Assembly: GCA_049322915.1 (NCBI GenBank)
Contig: JBMOPW010000035.1
Span: 1 to 64,000, forward strand
Direction: 5' to 3'
Length of the DNA: 64,000 nucleotides
Origin: Candidatus Zhuqueibacterota bacterium
Lineage (GTDB): Bacteria; Zhuqueibacterota; Zhuqueibacteria; Thermofontimicrobiales; Thermofontimicrobiaceae
The position numbers and the translations under genes are program-made. The notes under the pieces are model-generated. The model saw nothing but the letters and a program-made list of their open reading frames with translations, had not been told where the DNA came from and ran no database searches. Shown here one piece after another: positions 19,049 to 29,385 of the stretch; the first letter of the stretch is position 1, and every line of letters begins with the position of its first letter.

Positions 19049-19957
19049 CTATTGCCAGCGCTCCCGCGAGACAGCGGAATAAGCGGCTAAAAAAATCATT
19101 CCGATAATCAGCAGCAACACGCCCATTGCCGCGCCGGCGTTCAGGTCAAAATTGATGAACGATTCTTTGAACAGCCGAACTGCAATCACTTCCGTCGCAT
19201 AGCCCGGCCCGCCCTCGGTCATGGCGTACACGGTCTCGGCGTCCTGCAGTGTCCACAGAGTGATGGTGAGCAGGACGATGGTCAATTGAATTTTTGTCAA
19301 CGGCACGGTGATCAATCGGAATTGGTCCCATTTGCTGGCGCCATCCACATCCGCGGCTTCGTACACTTCTTTGGGGATCATGGCCATGCCAGCGGCCAGG
19401 AACAGCGTGATGAACGGCAGCGAGCGCCACACACTGTGAAAAACGATGGTCGCCATGGCCCAGACCGGATGCGCCAGCAGAACAATCTGATGCCCGACGA
19501 TTTTCTCGATCAGCAGGCTGATGGGGCCAAAGGTCGGATCCACCAGCGAGCGGAACAACACAGTGCTCACAATGGGCGCGACCACCCAGGGCAGCAGAAA
19601 AATTCCCCGCAGGAAGGTTGCCCCGCGAATCTGTTTGGTGATGATCACGGCAAGCACATAGGCCAGGGGCAATGAAAATAAAACATTGCCACACACATAG
19701 AAAAGGGAGAGTTTCATGTTGGTCAGAAACCGGCCTTCGGTGAGCAGCAGCCAGTAATTCCTCAATCCCACAAAAGACGTTTCGCCGGACAGGCTCGTTT
19801 TGAATAAACTCATGATCAGCCCGGTGACCATGGGCGATAGCAGGAAAATGGCAATGAGAAGAATTGTGGGCGACAGAAATCCATAGGCCTGGATTTCGGT
19901 TCGTTGCCGGGAATTCATTTGAAATCTGTCTGAGGACGTTTTCTTCATCTCTTTCAT
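19049..19957 (-). CDS. Carbohydrate ABC transporter permease (MalF-like)
   Basis: FVGLRNY, YEAADVDGA, GGPGYATE. Start uncertain (19918-19969). Confidence 0.92.
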   Translation of the reverse strand: MKEMKKTSSDRFQMNSRQRTEIQAYGFLSPTILLIAIFLLSPMVTGLIMSLFKTSLSGETSFVGLRNYWLLLTEGRFLTNMKLSLFYVCGNVLFSLPLAYVLAVIITKQIRGATFLRGIFLLPWVVAPIVSTVLFRSLVDPTFGPISLLIEKIVGHQIVLLAHPVWAMATIVFHSVWRSLPFITLFLAAGMAMIPKEVYEAADVDGASKWDQFRLITVPLTKIQLTIVLLTITLWTLQDAETVYAMTEGGPGYATEVIAVRLFKESFINFDLNAGAAMGVLLLIIGMIFLAAYSAVSRERWQ

Positions 19958-20208
19958 AGGTTGACTCAAAAAGCCTTTTAAGGCTTTAATACGTTGGGTA
20001 TGCTATCTTTTCCACGTTAGAAATGACGTGGCTATTCAATTGAATAAAATGAAAGTTAGGCAACCTGAACAGCCCCGACTTTTAAATCGGGGATTCGGGT
20101 ATGTTTTCAAAAACCAGAGTCCCGGCGATCCAACGATGGCGCCAGCGTCCCCTCGCCGCTCAAGCCGGTCGGCAAATTTTAGCTTTCCCTGACCGGGTGC
20201 TGGGGCAG

Positions 20209-21525
20209 CTATTCCCCGGCGTAGCGCGAATTGTAGGCGCGCTGGAACCTGAGCAACGTCGGCGCGACGGGCGCGTTATGGATCAGAATTTCCTGCAGCG
20301 CCGCAGCAATGGTGTTGGACAACTCCTCGTAATGCGCCGTCGCCGGCATGGAGCGACCGCTTTTGATCGCCTCAAACCAGACCTGATAAAATGGGGAGCT
20401 GTATCTCGCGTCGCGCCAGGTTGACAATTGCGCGGGCAGGCCAGCGTCAGGGAACGTTTCCAGGGCCTCGGGCTGAACGAACAGTTTCAGGAACTCCATG
20501 CTCTTTTCCGGATGAGGACTCAAGGCATGCAACGAGATTGTCCAGGAGTTGGTGAACTGCGCGTGACCGATTGTCGGCGTGAGAAAAATACCGGCGGTCG
20601 TCATTTCTGCTTCGGCGGAAGGCGGGAAGCAATGGGACACCATGCCGGTCGCCTCCAGCGGTTGAATCCAGTAGCTGCCCCAGCCCCAGGCCATGGCCAC
20701 CAGCCCGGCTAAGAATGGCCGCAAGACCACATCATCGATGGTGCCGCTCACAGCCCAGCGCGGCGTGACCTGATGTTTGTTAATCAAATCGCTCAGAAAC
20801 TGGGCCGCAGCGATCCCCTGTTCCGATGCAAAAACCGCCTGCTTGCTCTGCTCATCCCACAGTTCGCCGCCGAAATGCCACAGGATGGGCGCAAAGGTGA
20901 TTTCAATGGTCGCGCGCGACGGCCCGAAATAAATGCCCAGACCCCAGACGTCGATCTTTCCGTCGCCATCGATGTCGCGGGTCAGCCGACGGGCGTATTC
21001 CACCAGTTCGTCGAGGGTTTGAGGCGGTTTCTCCGGGTCGAGACCGACTTCAGCGAACATATCCTTCCGGTAAGCGCACAGCCGCGTGTGAGCGCCCATG
21101 GGCAGACCGATGAGTTCATCTTGCTGGTTACAGGCATCCCAGACCGGATTCCATTTGAACTCCCCAATATTATCTTCACTCCAGCGCAACATCGGCGACA
21201 GATCGAGGAGGTCGCCGACCACGGCGTGCTTGGCCAAAAATTGCGGCGATGTGATGATCACATCGTGGGGAATGCCGGCGCGGAAATCAGCCATGGACTT
21301 GGTATCGATCTGATCCCATTTCACCTGCTCCAATTCCACAGGCATGTCCGGCTGCAGCAGACGGTGCTCGGCAAGTCGCGCGTTGATCCAATCGGCATTG
21401 AGCCGACCATTTTCACCAGCCAGAGGATCATAGATGTGGGTGAATTTCAGGGAGGGATGCTGTTGCTGGTGACAACCGAAAAGGAGGAGCACTGCGACGA
21501 TTACTATCGGACGAATTTTTATCAT
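20209..21525 (-). CDS. Sugar ABC transporter substrate-binding lipoprotein
   Basis: Lipobox LLFGC; YRKDMFAEVGLD; PPQTLDEL; AGGAG RBS. Confidence 0.88.
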   Translation of the reverse strand: MIKIRPIVIVAVLLLFGCHQQQHPSLKFTHIYDPLAGENGRLNADWINARLAEHRLLQPDMPVELEQVKWDQIDTKSMADFRAGIPHDVIITSPQFLAKHAVVGDLLDLSPMLRWSEDNIGEFKWNPVWDACNQQDELIGLPMGAHTRLCAYRKDMFAEVGLDPEKPPQTLDELVEYARRLTRDIDGDGKIDVWGLGIYFGPSRATIEITFAPILWHFGGELWDEQSKQAVFASEQGIAAAQFLSDLINKHQVTPRWAVSGTIDDVVLRPFLAGLVAMAWGWGSYWIQPLEATGMVSHCFPPSAEAEMTTAGIFLTPTIGHAQFTNSWTISLHALSPHPEKSMEFLKLFVQPEALETFPDAGLPAQLSTWRDARYSSPFYQVWFEAIKSGRSMPATAHYEELSNTIAAALQEILIHNAPVAPTLLRFQRAYNSRYAGE

Positions 21526-21554
21526 GTCTCGCATCTCCTGGATAATGGCCGCGT

Positions 21555-22814
21555 CTAAGACTGCGGCGTCATTTTACTCAAATTTTCCAGCCGTTGAACA
21601 ATGGGCGGATGGGAATAAAATAGCTTCGCGTAAAGCGGATGCGGATGCAAATTAGACAGATTGTCCTTGCTCAGCTTAACCAGGGCACTGATAAGCCCGT
21701 CGGATCTGCCGGTCAAATCGACAGAAGCCTGATCCGCTTCGCGTTCCTGTTTGCGCGAAAAATAACTGCTGACCGGCGCCAACGGGAACGACACAATACT
21801 CCCAATGAATCCCAGGATGATCAGCTTCGCAAAAAACGTGGCTGGTTCGATTCGGAAAAGCCCGGTCAACCAGTCACTTTTCAGCAGCAGAAATGAAATG
21901 TAAATGCCCACGAATCCGAAAATCTCCGACAGGACAATGCGCTTCATGATATGCTTCTTCTTCCAGTGGCCGGCCTCGTGGGCCAACACCGCTAAAATTT
22001 CGTCTTCGGTCATGGTGTTGAGCAGCGTATCGTACAGGATAATGCGTTTCACCTTGCCAATGCCGGTGAAGTAGGCGTTGGTGTGTTTGCTGCGTTTCGA
22101 AGCGTCCATTTGAAAGACATTGCTGACCCTGATCCCAATTTTCCCGAACATAACCCGAATTTTTTCTTCCAGATTTTTGTATTCCTCGGCGATTGGCGTG
22201 AATTTGTTGAACAACGGCTCAATGATATAGGGCGAAACGTACATGAGGAACAGGCTGAATGCCAGGAAAAACGCCCAGACCCAGAGCCACCACCAGTTCG
22301 GGCTGACATGGATGAGCCAGAATCCAACGCCGCCCATAATGCCCATCAGAAGCAGTGAAATTAGCAGCGATTTCACCAGATCGGTGAGCCAGGTGCGCAG
22401 AGTGGTCGTGTTAAAGCCGTATTTATTTTCTATTTTAAACGTGCTGTACAGATCAAAGGGAATATCGAGGAATGTGGACGCCAGGCTGAGCAGCGCGAAA
22501 TAGACAAGCCCCTCCGGAACAAACGGAAGTCCAAAGCCGTGTACCCAGGAATTGTAAAGCGCGAACAGGCCGGCAAACAGGAAAAGGATTTGAATGATGT
22601 TGTCGAAAATGGAGGAGAAGTAGCCGAAGCGACTGTATTCCACCGTGTAATCCCGCGTCTTTTTCAACAGGTTCCCATCGATGTGCCCCAGGAATGGCTC
22701 CGGAATCTGATCGCCGTATTTTTTCAGGTGATTCAGATTGATGAATTTCATCGCGTAACCAAATGCCTCAATGGCAAGGTACGCGACCAGTAAAATGATC
22801 ATTGGGACTGTCAT
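21555..22814 (-). CDS. M48 family (Ste24-like) membrane metallopeptidase
   Basis: NAYFTG, LAHEAGH, EREAD, YSHPP. ATG at 22814 follows GGAG. Confidence 0.93.
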   Translation of the reverse strand: MTVPMIILLVAYLAIEAFGYAMKFINLNHLKKYGDQIPEPFLGHIDGNLLKKTRDYTVEYSRFGYFSSIFDNIIQILFLFAGLFALYNSWVHGFGLPFVPEGLVYFALLSLASTFLDIPFDLYSTFKIENKYGFNTTTLRTWLTDLVKSLLISLLLMGIMGGVGFWLIHVSPNWWWLWVWAFFLAFSLFLMYVSPYIIEPLFNKFTPIAEEYKNLEEKIRVMFGKIGIRVSNVFQMDASKRSKHTNAYFTGIGKVKRIILYDTLLNTMTEDEILAVLAHEAGHWKKKHIMKRIVLSEIFGFVGIYISFLLLKSDWLTGLFRIEPATFFAKLIILGFIGSIVSFPLAPVSSYFSRKQEREADQASVDLTGRSDGLISALVKLSKDNLSNLHPHPLYAKLFYSHPPIVQRLENLSKMTPQS

Positions 22815-22926
22815 CAAATAACTCCCTGTTAAATGTCGTTGCCCGCAATGGCCGGGGATTTGATTCCCGGCGCAACACAGCCGGCGCAGTGTCACCCAGA
22901 GCGGCCGGGTGCAGCGCCGCATCCTT

Positions 22927-23667
22927 TCACTTTTTCTCCGCTACATGAATGGCTACATTGCGAAACATGACCGGCCAATGCCGCACATGGGTCCAGCCGG
23001 CGCGCTCAATCACTTCGGTGAGGCCGTCCGCGGTATAGAAATTCTCGATGGACAGCGGCAGATAGGAATAGGCGTCCGGATATCGCGTCAGCCAGCGACC
23101 CAATCGCGGAATGATCTGTTTGAAATAGAATGAAAACATCGTGTGCAACAGGCGATTGCTCTGCTTCACCATTTCCAGCGAGACGAGTTTGCCGCCGGGC
23201 CGAATCACTCGATGCAGTTCCGAGAACGTCTTTTCCACGCTGGTCACATTGCGCAGCGCGAATGCAGTGAAGGCCCCGTCCAGCGACTGGTCGGCGAAGG
23301 GCAAATCCAGCGCATCGCCCTGAATCCAGACGACCTTTTCAGCGTGAATAGTATTTCTGAATTTCAACTGCGCGCGTCGCAGCAGGGGCTCGCAAAAATC
23401 CAGCCCGATGAAACGCGCCTGCGGCAGGATGCTCAGCGCCGCCAGGGTCATGTCGCCGCTGCCGGCCGCCAGGTCCAGCAACGCGCCTTCCGGCGCGAAC
23501 TCCGCCAGCCCAATGGACTTGCGACGCCAGCTCATATCCAATCCCAGCGACATGATTCGGTTCATAAAATCATAATGATCCGGGATCGATGAAAACAGGG
23601 TACGGACATAATCGCGTTTTTCCGAGGATGACGTGAATCGACCTGCAAAAGGATTTTTATGGTTCAT
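22927..23667 (-). CDS. ubiE: Demethylmenaquinone/ubiquinone C-methyltransferase (MenG/UbiE)
   Basis: YDFMNRIMSLGLD, LDLAAGSGD, DALDLPFAD, AFALRNV, AYSYLPLSI. Confidence 0.9.
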   Translation of the reverse strand: MNHKNPFAGRFTSSSEKRDYVRTLFSSIPDHYDFMNRIMSLGLDMSWRRKSIGLAEFAPEGALLDLAAGSGDMTLAALSILPQARFIGLDFCEPLLRRAQLKFRNTIHAEKVVWIQGDALDLPFADQSLDGAFTAFALRNVTSVEKTFSELHRVIRPGGKLVSLEMVKQSNRLLHTMFSFYFKQIIPRLGRWLTRYPDAYSYLPLSIENFYTADGLTEVIERAGWTHVRHWPVMFRNVAIHVAEKK

Positions 23668-23842
23668 AGCAAATTATGTATGTTGTAAATGAAGCGGTCA
23701 GCCTGCAGCGATCCGCGCTCAGCTAAAGAAATAACATTGCGTTAAATACCAGCATTGAAATCACCTGAAAGATGAAAAAGTGCGCCAGGCATTGCTGAGT
23801 AATTTTTGTTAGAACGGATGGCTGAAAACTGACAGCGAAATA

Positions 23843-24340
23843 CTACAACCGTTTTATTTTCTCAATGATAATGGAGGTAGAAATTCCCGCCACTTCCGGC
23901 AGAAGTATGATTTCGCCGCCGTAGCCTTCGACGACGCGACGCTCGGTCTGGTCGATGGTGTCGATGGTGTAATCGCCGCCCTTGATGTAAAAATCCGGCT
24001 TGTACTCTTGAATGATGTTCACCGGGCTTCTTTCCTCAAATATAATAATATAATCCACATAAATCAGGGCGCTCAACACCAGCGCGCGTTCCTGTTCCGG
24101 GCAAATAGGCCTGAGATCGCCCTTCAGCTTTTTGACGGAAGCATCGCTGTTCATTCCCACCACCAGCACATCGCCGTAGGATCGGGATTTTTGCAAATAA
24201 CTCACATGCCCGGCATGCATAAAATCGAAGCAGCCGTTTGTCCAGGCAATCTTCTTGCCCCGGCCGCGAAGGTCTGTGATAATCGCGTGCAATTGTGCTT
24301 TTGTTACCAGCTTGTCTTTGGTCATGTTTCGGGCTTTCAT
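23843..24340 (-). CDS. RfaE domain II / HldC-type heptose-1-phosphate nucleotidyltransferase
   Basis: TNGCFDFMHAGH, NSDASVKKLKG, KGGDY, STS. Start 24340 or 24325. Confidence 0.9.
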   Translation of the reverse strand: MKARNMTKDKLVTKAQLHAIITDLRGRGKKIAWTNGCFDFMHAGHVSYLQKSRSYGDVLVVGMNSDASVKKLKGDLRPICPEQERALVLSALIYVDYIIIFEERSPVNIIQEYKPDFYIKGGDYTIDTIDQTERRVVEGYGGEIILLPEVAGISTSIIIEKIKRL

Positions 24341-24484
24341 CGTTTGAAGTTCGGCAAGTGACTCCCGGGCGGAATCGATTATTCGGATAAAAGATCGGTC
24401 GTCAGTGACGGCCATGGTTGAACGCGCTGCGCCTGCCGGGGTGGAACTGCTCCGGCGCGGGTCTTTTGATCCCCGTTGCTGCGG

Positions 24485-25573
24485 TCACTGGTTGCGGCGC
24501 TCCTGTCGCAAAATAATTTCAGCGGCTTCCAATAAATTATCCGCGACAAAATCAGGCGGCACAGCCAGCCCCTCAGGCTCCGGCGCGAGGGGACCGCGTA
24601 TTAAAATCGTCTTCAATCCGGCATTGAATCCCGCCTGGATATCGGTCTCCATATCGCCGACGAAATAGCTATGGCTCAGATCGATATTCAATTCCTCCTG
24701 CGCCCGCAGGATCAGCCCAATTTCCGGCTTGCGGCAGGGGCAATTTTCCGATTTGCTGTGCGGGCAGAAATAGATTTTATCGAACCGAATGCCGGCGGCA
24801 GAAACGAGCTTCATCATTTTGAGATTCACGCGGTAAAAATCGTCCTTGCTGAAATAGCCCATGCCAATGCCGGCCTGGTTGGTGACAATCACCAGCCGAT
24901 AGCCCATATCCTGCATTTTTTTCATGCCGTCGATGGCAAAGGGATTGAGCTCGAACTGATCCGGATCGCTCAGATAATTGACGTGTTTGTTAATGGTGCC
25001 ATCCCGATCCAGAAAAATGGCCGGCGCGATTTTCGCGGGACGGCGTTTCAGGTGAACTGTGTTCTCCTGCTCCTCGACGAACCGATCGGCATTGCCCTCG
25101 TTGGAGAGAATTCGCTGGATGATCGCTGTCGTGGAGATGACTTCGGCGACCGGGATAATCCGAATCTGGCCGCCATACTTTTCAACAATCTCACCGGATG
25201 TCAACTGGGACGCGGCATAATCCCCGGCTTTGAAATAGAAATGGGGCTTCAGCGCCTCGATGTTCTGCGCATTGCGCCGCTCTCCGAACAGAAAGACATA
25301 ATCCACAGCCGCCAGCGCGGCCACGAGCTTCAGGCGAAAACGCTCCGGGACAACAGGCCGGTCCGGCCCTTTGTACGTTCGAATGGACGCATCGCTGTTC
25401 AGCGCCACGATCAATGTATCGCATTGCGACCGGGCTTTTTCCAGATAATCCACATGGCCGGCATGCAGCAAATCGAACGCGCCGGAAGTGAATCCGATGG
25501 TCAATCCCCGGGAGCGAAGTTCATCGCAGAGCGGAATCAATTCATCCCGCGTTTTAATTTTGTCATCAACCAT
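24485..25573 (-). CDS. Fusion: HldC-type nucleotidyltransferase + GmhB-type heptose-1,7-bisphosphate phosphatase (HAD IIIA)
   Basis: N-terminal GAFDLLHAGH...NSDASI; C-terminal FLDRDGTIN, VTNQAGI, CPH...CPCRKP, VGDMETD. Confidence 0.9.
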   Translation of the reverse strand: MVDDKIKTRDELIPLCDELRSRGLTIGFTSGAFDLLHAGHVDYLEKARSQCDTLIVALNSDASIRTYKGPDRPVVPERFRLKLVAALAAVDYVFLFGERRNAQNIEALKPHFYFKAGDYAASQLTSGEIVEKYGGQIRIIPVAEVISTTAIIQRILSNEGNADRFVEEQENTVHLKRRPAKIAPAIFLDRDGTINKHVNYLSDPDQFELNPFAIDGMKKMQDMGYRLVIVTNQAGIGMGYFSKDDFYRVNLKMMKLVSAAGIRFDKIYFCPHSKSENCPCRKPEIGLILRAQEELNIDLSHSYFVGDMETDIQAGFNAGLKTILIRGPLAPEPEGLAVPPDFVADNLLEAAEIILRQERRNQ

Positions 25574-26272
25574 TTATTTCAATTCCCGAAAATAATGCGC
25601 TTCGATGATGGAGCACAGGGCATGATAGACAAGCTGATGTTGTTCCTGAATACGGTTCGTCATCGTCTTCGGAACGCGAATGGCTATGTCCACGTGCTGC
25701 GCCAGATGACCGCCAACCTGCCCGGTCAAGCCGATGGTTTTCATTCCAATTGCTTTGGCCGTGGTCACAGCGTAGGCGATATTTTTCGCATTGCCGCTGG
25801 TGCTGATTCCCAGCAGGACGTCGTCCTTGCGGCCCAATGCGTAAAGCTCCTGGGCGAAACCGATATTGGGAACCGGGATGTCATTTTCAACAGCCGATCG
25901 GAGCGAGTGGTTCAATCCCAGGACGATCACCGAAAAACCTCGCTCCAGCGCATCGGCCAGAAGCCCGCCGTGAGGCAAATCCGTGAACAGGGCGCGCTCG
26001 GCCGGACTGAGTCCCCGTTTGCGTTCGTAGGATTTCAGCATCTCTCCAGAAATGTGCAGGCAGTCGGCAAAGCTGCCGCCGTTGCCGCAAAGGAACAAGG
26101 TGCCGCCTTTGTCGAAACTGGTGACGATGGTGAGATAGCTTTGAATGATGTCGGCGACGAGCGGCGAGAGTTCCGGAGTTCTCTCCATAAAATCGACAAC
26201 CACCTGAACAACGTCAGGGTGCTGTTCGATGAATTGAAAAACAGGTTCTGGCAAAGAGTGTGAATTCATCAT
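25574..26272 (-). CDS. SIS-domain sugar isomerase (GmhA/phosphoheptose isomerase-like)
   Basis: CGNGGS, GISTSGNA, IQEQHQLVYH. Confidence 0.88.
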   Translation of the reverse strand: MMNSHSLPEPVFQFIEQHPDVVQVVVDFMERTPELSPLVADIIQSYLTIVTSFDKGGTLFLCGNGGSFADCLHISGEMLKSYERKRGLSPAERALFTDLPHGGLLADALERGFSVIVLGLNHSLRSAVENDIPVPNIGFAQELYALGRKDDVLLGISTSGNAKNIAYAVTTAKAIGMKTIGLTGQVGGHLAQHVDIAIRVPKTMTNRIQEQHQLVYHALCSIIEAHYFRELK

Positions 26273-26324
26273 GACACATGCGTTTTTAGGTTCATCGTTA
26301 TTTGAGTTCAGACTGCGGGACGGC

Positions 26325-27077
26325 TCATTGGCTCAGCCGTCCTATCTCCTTTAAAATTGAATCGAAATCTTCCGCTTCAGCATGGGGGACGCCGGCCTCA
26401 TTCAACGGCGGCAACATGGTCGCGCTGGCCCGGCTGAGCGCTGCAAAATATTTTAACTCGAAGTCCGTCGTCGGTTTGTAATTTTTCAACGCCAGCGGCA
26501 GTCTCAGCCACAGGGTTTTTAGCCCGACCGACTTCGCCGGAATGATATCGTTATCGATGCGGTCGCCAATCATGATGCCCTCTCCCTGCCCGCAATTGGC
26601 TTCGTCCATGGCCCACTCATACAGCTTCGGGTCTGGCTTGCTCAGCCCCACCGATTGGCTGATGCCGTGCACTTTGAAATACTTCAGCAGTCCCAGCTTA
26701 TCCAGAACCGGCCCTGCCTCCCGCGGCTGATTGGCGATAATTCCCAGGTTAAATTTGCGCGCCAGATTTTCAATGACAGGCACAATGCCCGGAATCAACG
26801 GACACAGGGTCTGCCAATTCTTCGCCAGGAGATCCCTGATGATGGGTTCGCGCCGGCTCCATACATCCCGCGTTAAATAGGCCAGCGCCACATCCGCGTA
26901 GGGACGACCGCTGCGGGCATTGACTACAAAATGCTCGCGCGTCGCCAGCACCTGATCCAGCGTCACCTGGTTTCCGTTCGCCTGGATTATCTTATAAATT
27001 TCGTGATAAAAAAAAGCCATGAGCGGATCATCGTTCAAAATGACGTTGCCAACATCAAAAAATATCCATTTGATCAT
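26325..27077 (-). CDS. HAD-family hydrolase (IA)
   Basis: FFDVGNV, IIANQ, KPDP, IGDRIDNDI. Confidence 0.88.
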   Translation of the reverse strand: MIKWIFFDVGNVILNDDPLMAFFYHEIYKIIQANGNQVTLDQVLATREHFVVNARSGRPYADVALAYLTRDVWSRREPIIRDLLAKNWQTLCPLIPGIVPVIENLARKFNLGIIANQPREAGPVLDKLGLLKYFKVHGISQSVGLSKPDPKLYEWAMDEANCGQGEGIMIGDRIDNDIIPAKSVGLKTLWLRLPLALKNYKPTTDFELKYFAALSRASATMLPPLNEAGVPHAEAEDFDSILKEIGRLSQ

Positions 27078-27266
27078 GCAGCACCCCTGTCTGTTATCCA
27101 TTCCATCCATCCGGAAGCAGTTGCATCGCCTGAATAGTACTTCTCCACAGGCGCGTTTTATTCAATCCAATTTTCAGGCAGGAAGGTAGCCTTCGCAAAT
27201 TGCCCCCCTTTTCCAGCGCGGACACATCTCCGGCTCAACCAGGAAATCGTAGTTTTGAAAGGGCTT

Positions 27267-27295
27267 AATTTAAACAATATTGAAGAAAAATGCAA
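27267..27295 (-). promoter_or_regulatory. sigma70-type promoter for the HAD/heptose operon
   Basis: TTGCAT-N17-TAAATT on the minus strand. Confidence 0.5.
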
Positions 27296-27633
27296 AATAA
27301 ATTATCAGAAATTATATCTGCTCAGGTTCCAGGTTTAAAGGTTTCCGGTTCCGGGTTAAAAAGAATTTCCTGATCGCGCTGGATTTTCATCCAGCGCCGA
27401 AACCGGAGTGGTATGTATGTTCCCGGATCGTCGCACCGTTCGGGATGACTATCCCGAACGTTCGGTTTGCTGTCTTTGGTTGCTCCGAATGACTTAACAG
27501 AAGCCAATTCATGAAGATACTTCAGCGTCTTTTTCATTTCCGGCGCCCGGCGCTTCCGGTTTCGTTCCGCCCGGCTTCGTCATTCAACTTCGTTTTGCAC
27601 GCCTGTCTCACATCTATGTGCAGTATTCACCTC

Positions 27634-27755
27634 ATCAAAATGAGAATGCCGGGCGTCGGGATCGCCGTCTGTCTCATTTTGAAATTTTCGCCCGGCGCTA
27701 CTGTTCATTAAAAATATTGGAATTAACCCATGACAATAATTGGTATAATTCTTGA
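27634..27755 (+). promoter_or_regulatory. Putative sigma54 promoter with two upstream enhancer sites (copy 1)
   Basis: ATCAAAATGAGA (27634), TGTCTCATTTTGAAA (27670), TGGTATAATTCTTGA (27741). Spacing identical to copy 2. Confidence 0.65.
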
Positions 27756-27847
27756 AAATGTATTGGCGACAATGGACCGAAACAAAACAACATCTGATTC
27801 CAACATCCACAGTCAAATTCAACATTTGAAATATCAGAGGGAATAAA

Positions 27848-28558
27848 ATGCATAATGGAGATAACATACAATTGGCATACGAACTGACCGAAACATCCTG
27901 GGTGAAGCTCTCGCGGGAAACGGTCACAGAAGAAGCTTATCTGGGTCTGAAACGGCTTCTGGACATTGTTTTAGCGGGCTTATTTCTGATCCTGGTGCTG
28001 CCCCTGGTGATCGTCATCGCTGTGGTAATAAAATTGGATACCAGAGGCCCGATCTTTTTCCGACAAATCAGGATCGGGCAAAATCGACGTTACCTTTCCT
28101 CGGAACGAAATGAACAACCGGAACGACGCGTGCGCAATTTAAAGGGTAACCCGTTTCAGATTTACAAATTCCGAACCATGAATATCGAAGCTGAAAAATA
28201 TGGCTGGATACCCAAAGGGAGCGGGGATTCCCGTCTGACCCGAGCCGGGAAAATCCTGCGCGCAACATCCCTGGACGAACTGCCACAGTTAATCAATGTG
28301 CTGAAGGGCGACATGAGCCTGGTTGGTCCCCGACCTGAAATGCCGTTCATCGTTGAACATTATTCTCGGCTGGATGCGGTGCGATTGAACGTGAAACCGG
28401 GCATTACCGGATTGTGGCAGATCAATAACACCCGCGCTCAAAAGATTCACGAAAATCTCGAATACGATCTGGACTATATTGAGAACCGCTCGCTATGGTT
28501 CGACCTGAAAATCATGATGAAAACTTTTCTCTACATGCTGCTGCTGAGAAACGCTTAA
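27848..28558 (+). CDS. Priming sugar (phosphoglycosyl) transferase
   Basis: KRLLDI, YKFRTM, SLDELPQLINVLKGDMSLVGPRPE, KPGITGLWQI. Confidence 0.95.
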   Translation: MHNGDNIQLAYELTETSWVKLSRETVTEEAYLGLKRLLDIVLAGLFLILVLPLVIVIAVVIKLDTRGPIFFRQIRIGQNRRYLSSERNEQPERRVRNLKGNPFQIYKFRTMNIEAEKYGWIPKGSGDSRLTRAGKILRATSLDELPQLINVLKGDMSLVGPRPEMPFIVEHYSRLDAVRLNVKPGITGLWQINNTRAQKIHENLEYDLDYIENRSLWFDLKIMMKTFLYMLLLRNA

Positions 28559-28614
28559 GTGACATTGAGGCAAGCAGGGTTCCATCGACCGAATACAGTA
28601 ACGTGAGGCTTAAA

Positions 28615-29352
28615 ATGAAATACGTTCGATATATATTCTCACTGCTTTTCGTCCCGATGCTGATGCTGGAAATTACCGGCTGCGGCAACAGGATGTACAC
28701 CAATGTCGCTCCTGTCTCCCAGAGTGCGGACGCGCTTTTTGCAGATGCCGCTCCGATTGCCCCGGAATACCGACTGGGCTACGGCGACGTCATCGAGATC
28801 AAGTTTTTCAATAACAGTCAATTCAACGAAACCGTGTCTGTTCGGCCCGACGGTCGCATCTCCATGGAAAAAGTCGGCGACATTCTGGTCGCGGACAAAA
28901 CACCGAATGAACTGAGCGAGATCATCAATTCGATTTATGCGAAGATAATTATAAACCCGGAAGTGACAGTCATCGTGAGAAATTTCGGCAGCTATCAGGT
29001 CTACGTTCTGGGCGAAGTCAACAAGCCGGGCGCCATTCCCATGCAGCGAAATTTAACTGTGCTGCAAACGCTGGCGCACGCCGGCGGACAGAAAGAGAGC
29101 GCCAGTCTGAAAAGCATTATCCTGCTCCGCCGAATGGCCAATGGCAAAGTCGTTGGCAAGCGCATCGATCTGAGCGGTCCCAGAGCGAATACTGTGCAAC
29201 TGAACGACACGTTTGTCCACGCCAACGACATCATCTATGTGCCCAAAACGTTCATCGCGAACGTCAACACATTCATCGACCAGGCCACGTCAGGAATCAT
29301 CAAACCACTGGACATTTATTTACAGGCTGCCTGGTATTCCCGCTGGAAATAG
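28615..29352 (+). CDS. Polysaccharide export lipoprotein (Wza/OPX)
   Basis: Lipoprotein-like ITGC; YRLGYGD, VRPDGRIS, VLGEVNKPG, DIIYVP. Confidence 0.9.
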   Translation: MKYVRYIFSLLFVPMLMLEITGCGNRMYTNVAPVSQSADALFADAAPIAPEYRLGYGDVIEIKFFNNSQFNETVSVRPDGRISMEKVGDILVADKTPNELSEIINSIYAKIIINPEVTVIVRNFGSYQVYVLGEVNKPGAIPMQRNLTVLQTLAHAGGQKESASLKSIILLRRMANGKVVGKRIDLSGPRANTVQLNDTFVHANDIIYVPKTFIANVNTFIDQATSGIIKPLDIYLQAAWYSRWK

Positions 29353-29385
29353 GGTGAATTTCAACTGAAAGCCGATCAACAAGGT

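Noticed and set aside
24671..26263. 530-aa plus-strand ORF
   Set aside because: Antisense shadow of the GmhA-like and HldC-GmhB genes, with no recognisable motifs.
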